From NCBI RefSeq assembly GCF_001194135.2, contig NC_069005.1, positions 20,442,887 through 20,476,362 on the forward strand: 33,476 bases of DNA. The letters are read 5' to 3'. Below, one piece after another: positions 28,660 through 33,476 of this stretch. The first letter of the stretch is position 1. Every line of letters starts with the position of its first letter. Origin of the DNA: Octopus bimaculoides (lineage: Eukaryota). The notes under the pieces are model-generated. The model searched no databases and was not told the DNA's origin. It saw only the letters and a program-made list of their open reading frames with translations. Made by a program: the position numbers and the translations under genes.

Positions 28660-29495
28660 TTTGTACCTTGCCAAACCTACATCTGCTCTCTTCTCACCTT
28701 GTGTCCCCTGACCTCTCTCATCTACCTGTTCTGCACCAGATCGTATCACCTGTCTCCCCACCACCTATGCTGACCACATCATTCTCTTCACTAAGCCTAT
28801 CTATCAGAGTCTGCAACAGATCATCCTCGTCCCTCTGCTATACTTTCTTATCTCTGAGCCATTTGAAAGAGACTGCACCAAACTATTTCTACCCAATACA
28901 TTCTAACTTTGTCCTTCTGTACTTGGCAGCCATCACTCCACTTCTGTTGCTACCCATCACCCCCCCTCTTGTCATTATCTCATCACCCACCTTTACCTTT
29001 GTCCACCTCTGCTATTGCCCTTCCTGAATCCACCCCCTTGCCTCTTCCACCATCTTTCATTCATCCTTTCTGGTCTTTCTGCTGTCATTACTCTCTCTCA
29101 CCCTATACCACTTACATTACTGAGTACCATCTACATTTACTGTGTATAAAAGCACTCTCTCCTATGTAGGTACCACAAAAGGACCAGTACCACCACCGCC
29201 ACCACCACCACCACCAAGCTTCCTTTAGAGTGATTGGTGAGTGAGACAACATTTCTTGTGCTGGTGCTGCAAGAAAATGAACAGAGAATGCATGGGATTG
29301 TGTGAAGTCACTCTGGTCCTGTCTTACCAAGTACTATGCAATCTCTCTCATGTTGGTGCCATGGGAAAAGTGCCTCAAGTACACTCTGTAAAGTGGTTGG
29401 CAATTGGAAGGGCATCAATAAGAAGTGACTCAGACCATGACAACCCGTCCAATTCTTGCCAGCATTGAAAACTGATTTAAAATGAGGATCGTGAT
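28660..29495 (+). mobile_element. CT-rich probable Penelope-like relic followed by an RTE-type terminal module (about 29330-29495)
   Basis: PDRITCLPTTYADHIILFTKPIYQSLQQIIL...FERDC loosely resembles the PLE RT-to-GIY-YIG linker as I recall it. Confidence 0.4.
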
Positions 29496-30114
29496 AATGT
29501 GTGTATGTGTGCCTTGGTATGTATGTATGGTTGCTCTTGTGACAAGTTACATATGACACCAATTTAGCATTAAGCTGAAGAATTACTTAATACTCTTTAG
29601 TAGAGTACATGTTTATTAAACTGTTATAACTAAAAGAACGATAGTGACTTTGAAGTTCCAACTTGCTAACCTTTGTATGCATGCATATCATATATACATG
29701 TATATGTATGTATGCCTGTACATGTTACATATATGTGTTCGTCTGTATGTTTTTGTGTGTATTCTTCAGTGCATGCTTGTGTATATCTGTCATCACTGCC
29801 TTTGTCATTCCTTATAAGGGCATATTTATTTGTGTAATGCATTAATCTGACTCATTGTGTCTGCTTCCTTGTTTTCCTGTCTTCCTCTGTGTCAGTCTAT
29901 CTCTATTTGTTAACACCAAAATAAAACACATTTTATACCATTTTCAACCTAGAAATAAAAATGAAATTTCAACAGTGAAATATATTTTAACTCCTGCCTA
30001 CTTTGTTAACTAAAACTCTGTACGAGATAAAGAATTAAATACATTGATTTTGTTTATCATATTTTTAATACTTTGATTTTATTGAGTATCATATCTTTTA
30101 TTTTTTATTTTTTC

Positions 30115-30500
30115 ACTTATTTCAGTCATTAGACTGTGACCATGCTGGGGCACTACCTTGAAAAATTTTAGTCAGATGAAATAACACCAGTACTTATTTT
30201 TTTAGTCAAATGAAACAACCCCAGTATTTATATTTTTCAAGCCTGGTACCTATTCAATTGGTCTCTTTTGCTGAAGTGCTAAGTTATGGGGATGTAAATG
30301 CACCAACATTGGTTGTCAAGTGATGGTGGAGGACAAACACAAAGTCAAAGAGACACACATATATATGACAGGCTTCTTTCAGTTTCTGTCTATCAAATCC
30401 ACTCACAAGGCTTTGGTCAACCCAAGGCTATAGTAGAAGACAGCTGCTCAAGGTGCTACGCAGTGGGACTGAACCTAGAACTATGCAGTGGGGGAAGCAT
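30115..30500 (-). mobile_element. SINE family C
   Basis: Colinear with 31632-32045. Confidence 0.85.
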
Positions 30501-30544
30501 AGATTTTGCTTTTGTATCACTGCCACTGTTTTGAGAAGGCACAT

Positions 30545-31040
30545 GGGTGTTGCAATCATGATTGTCAAGATTTCCTCCATGATGAACAAATTGGAGTCCA
30601 CTCCATGGATGAAAATAGCCAGTTGTGCCATATCAGTCGTGTTAGTAGTCTCATCCACAGCAAGAGAGTATGCAACAAAATCTTTTCCTTTTTCAATCAA
30701 CTGTGTTTTCAAATCAGTGGCCATCTCACACACCTGATCAGGGACCATATTTCTGCTAATACTCATATTAGCAAACAGTTACTTCTTGTCTGGACACAAA
30801 ATGTCACACATTTTCCTCATGCAGCTCTTCACAAACTCTCCTTCGGTAAATGCCTGGACTGATTTTGCAATCTCCTCTGCCACAATAAAACTTGCTTTAA
30901 CAACAGCTTTACTTTGTGATTTTGCTTTGGTTAAAAATGTCTGTTGTAATGTGAGATTCCTCTTCAACTCACCTACCTTTTGTTGCTTCTGCTCAGCAGT
31001 GAGGTATTTATACTTGTCCTGATGTTTTGTCTCATAGTGC
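30545..31040 (-). mobile_element. hAT (SPIN/Charlie, GTF2IRD2-like) transposase fragment
   Basis: HYETKH, KASFIVAEEIAK..AFTEGEFVKSCM and YSLAVDETTNTTDMAQLAIFIHGVD. Confidence 0.88.
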
Positions 31041-32458
31041 CAAAAGTTTGCTCATTCTATTAGAGAAGAAGGTTTTTGGTTAGTTGCACAACCATTTATG
31101 TATCACTTCCTGTGCTTTTGTCATCTGTAGCAAATTGATGACCTTGTAAAGGATGTCTGAGCAGTCCAAAGAGGTGAAAGTCGGACAGCATGCAATGTGT
31201 TCCAGCAGCTTGAAACCCAATCTTTCAATGGTTTCAACGGTGTGGCTGACTGTATTTGGATGTGCATTGTCATGCAACAAGATTTGCTTTGAGAATTGAC
31301 TTTGGCATTTGATGTCAATTGCGGGTTTCAGTTTGTTGGCCAGCATTTCACTGTAGCCTATACTGGTAACTGTAAACCCCTTTTTCTAGGTAATGTTCCG
31401 GTATAGGCCCTTTTGCATTCCCCAAAAATGGTTAGCATAACTTTTTCTGCAAAAGGTTGAGTCTTGAATTTCACTGGGAATTCCAGGTTTCCACTCCATA
31501 CTGTCTGCCTTTTGGATTCTGGCTCAAAGTGATGGACCTATGTCTCATCTCCTCTGACTATTCTCTCCAAAAACTTTACCTTCATTGTTGCAGCAGTGAA
31601 GTAAGCATTGACAGATCTGCACATGATTGTTATTACTCTTTTACTCTTTTACTTGTTTCAGTCATTTGACTGTGGCCATGCCGGAGCACCGCCTTTAGTC
31701 GAGCTAATCGACCCCAGGACTTATTCTTTGTAAGCCTAGTACTTATTCTATTGGACTTTTTTGCCGAACCGCTAAGTTACGGGGACGTAAACACACCAGT
31801 ATCGGTTGTCAAGTGATATTGGGGGGACAAACACAGACACACAAACATATACACACACAGACATATATATATACATATATATGATGGGCTTCTTTCAGTT
31901 TCCGTCTACCAAATCCACTCACAAGGCTTTGGTCGGCCCAAAGCTTTAGTAGAAGACACTTGCCCAAGGTCCCACGCAGTGGGACTGAACCCGGGACCAT
32001 GCAGTTCATAAGCAAGCTATTTACTACACAGCCACTCCTATGCCTATTATTGTGTACTTTGGTAAACTCTCTTGGCATCCATCTCACATAGACTTTATGG
32101 AAGGGAATCTTGTCACGGATGATTTTGTGTGCAAAACTATGACTAATTTGCAGAGAACATATCACCTCACCGATGGCCACTTCTCTGTTTACCAGAACCA
32201 TCTCTTGAGCTTGTTGAATCTTCACATCAGTGATAGATGTTGATGGGTATCCTGCTCCCTCTTTGTGCTTCATGCTTGTCTGGAGATTTTTAATCTTCTT
32301 GATCCACTCATACACACCTCTACACATGAGAGTGTGCTGTCCCTGTTTTGTACTGAAAGCCTGCAATGAATTTTAGCCTCTGACATACTTTCAGACCAGA
32401 GAAATCAGATCACTGATCTATGGTCTTCCCTGGTGCACACTGCCATCCAAGTGGCCAT
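31041..32458 (-). mobile_element. Degraded mariner transposase, interrupted by a SINE
   Basis: ATG at 32458 (MATWMAVCTREDHRSVI*FLWSE), then RWMPREFT, RIVRGDET, LLHDNAHP and HKWLCNQPKTFF, with stops and frameshifts. Confidence 0.9.
31632..32045 (-). mobile_element. Full-length SINE family C inserted in the mariner
   Basis: Head aggagtggctgtgtag...ggttcagtcccactgcgtggg and an (AAGAGT)-type tail. The mariner reading resumes on both sides. The TSD is imperfect (attgtt/attatt). Confidence 0.9.
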
Positions 32459-32855
32459 GTTTACTCTGTAACACAAGAAAAAAAAGTGGAGCAATCAATT
32501 TCAAACTTTGGTTGCATAACCACAAAAGTATCATCTTTTAGTATTGATGAAAGTGCAGATAATTCTTGACTTTCCTTCACACACACACACACACACACAC
32601 ACACATCCATTACTGATAGTATTTTCATTTTCCAGCAAGTATGGGCGACAACTGTGAACATGTTTCATATTTATTCTGACCTCATCAGTGAAACATAAAT
32701 TTCAGTATATTGGGTGAAAGCAGTAATGGAAAAATGATTAAATAAGTGCGTGGATTTGTACATTGGCTGATGTAGCAAAATAGAAATTGGTGGAGAACAA
32801 AATAACTCAGAAAGACCATCTGAATAAAAGACAGGATGGCCATGGTTAGAACCCT

Positions 32856-32907
32856 TTTGATCATTTGTCTGAAATGTCAAGGCTGGCCTTTCAGACGAAT
32901 GATCAAA
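32856..32907. repeat. 19-bp inverted repeat with 14-nt loop
   Basis: tttgatcatttgtctgaaa / tttcagacgaatgatcaaa, with one G-U pair on the + strand. Confidence 0.85.
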
Positions 32908-33442
32908 CAGTTATACAACAACTTCACAAGTAAACTGCTTCATAATGAGGATGTCAACACGGATGTTGATAATATTAATGGGAAGATGTCAACAGAAAAT
33001 TCAAAGCAAATATCTTGATTCCTATGTGTGTATGAGTGTATATTTCTCATAGGAGTGTATGAATGTGTAATGTATACATGTATATACACTATTCTGCTTC
33101 TAATTTGTGTAGTTATTTATGTTAGTGTTTGAGTATCACAGAGTGCAAATATATTGTGTATGCATATTATGTATAATATATATAAGTGGAGAAGGTATGT
33201 GTGAGTACCTGTATATATATATATGTGTGTATATATGATTTCATACCGGATGTCTCCCCCTCACCTCCTTGATGAATTTGAAGGAAAGATGCATCCTGTG
33301 TCATGTCAAATCACATCACTCTCACACACACATGTAAATTATAATCTACATACATACATACATACATTCATACATACATACATGTATGCATGCATACATA
33401 TATACATACATTTATATACATACTTGTTTGCATACATACATA

Positions 33443-33476
<34 letters not shown>

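Larger units (their letters stand above)
1..33476. repeat. Numerous microsatellites
   Basis: (TA)n at 1-35, 3760-3801, 27270-27313 and 33447-33476; (CA/TG)n at 2099-2128, 5745-5791, 14170-14201 and 32578-32605; (ATGT)n at 3499-3554; (GA)n at 18617-18640 and 18726-18775. Confidence 0.95.

Noticed and set aside
32836-33018. Exon of a neighbouring gene
   Set aside because: No convincing splice-site pair or recognisable homology, and stops occur in all frames nearby.

Overview
AT-rich eukaryotic genomic DNA with assembly gaps. The repeat landscape looks like a coleoid cephalopod, probably Octopus; this is an inference from recalled repeat families, not a search. The window holds the last 10 coding exons (1898-23523, + strand) of a trichoplein (TCHP) gene. 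The nine complete exons join in frame through GT-AG introns and end in NYGRRTAWM*; the first exon's end lies in a gap. The 5' exons lie upstream of the window. Nearly everything else is transposon debris and simple repeats: RTE LINE fragments, several tRNA-derived SINE families, Tc1/mariner and hAT transposase relics, TTAA-flanked piggyBac-like MITEs, a solo LTR with a perfect 5-bp TSD, probable Penelope-like relics and microsatellites. Most ORFs in the supplied track are spurious. There is no CRISPR array, rRNA or true tRNA. I cannot demonstrate a new biological system. The best leads are three degenerate hammerhead-ribozyme-like folds (one inside a 178-nt foldback), a minisatellite with a conserved ~40-bp core and variable spacers, RTE LINEs with swapped 3' UTR modules, and intronic fold-back hairpins next to exons that could be A-to-I editing substrates. 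Repeat coordinates are approximate unless a TSD or TIR is quoted.
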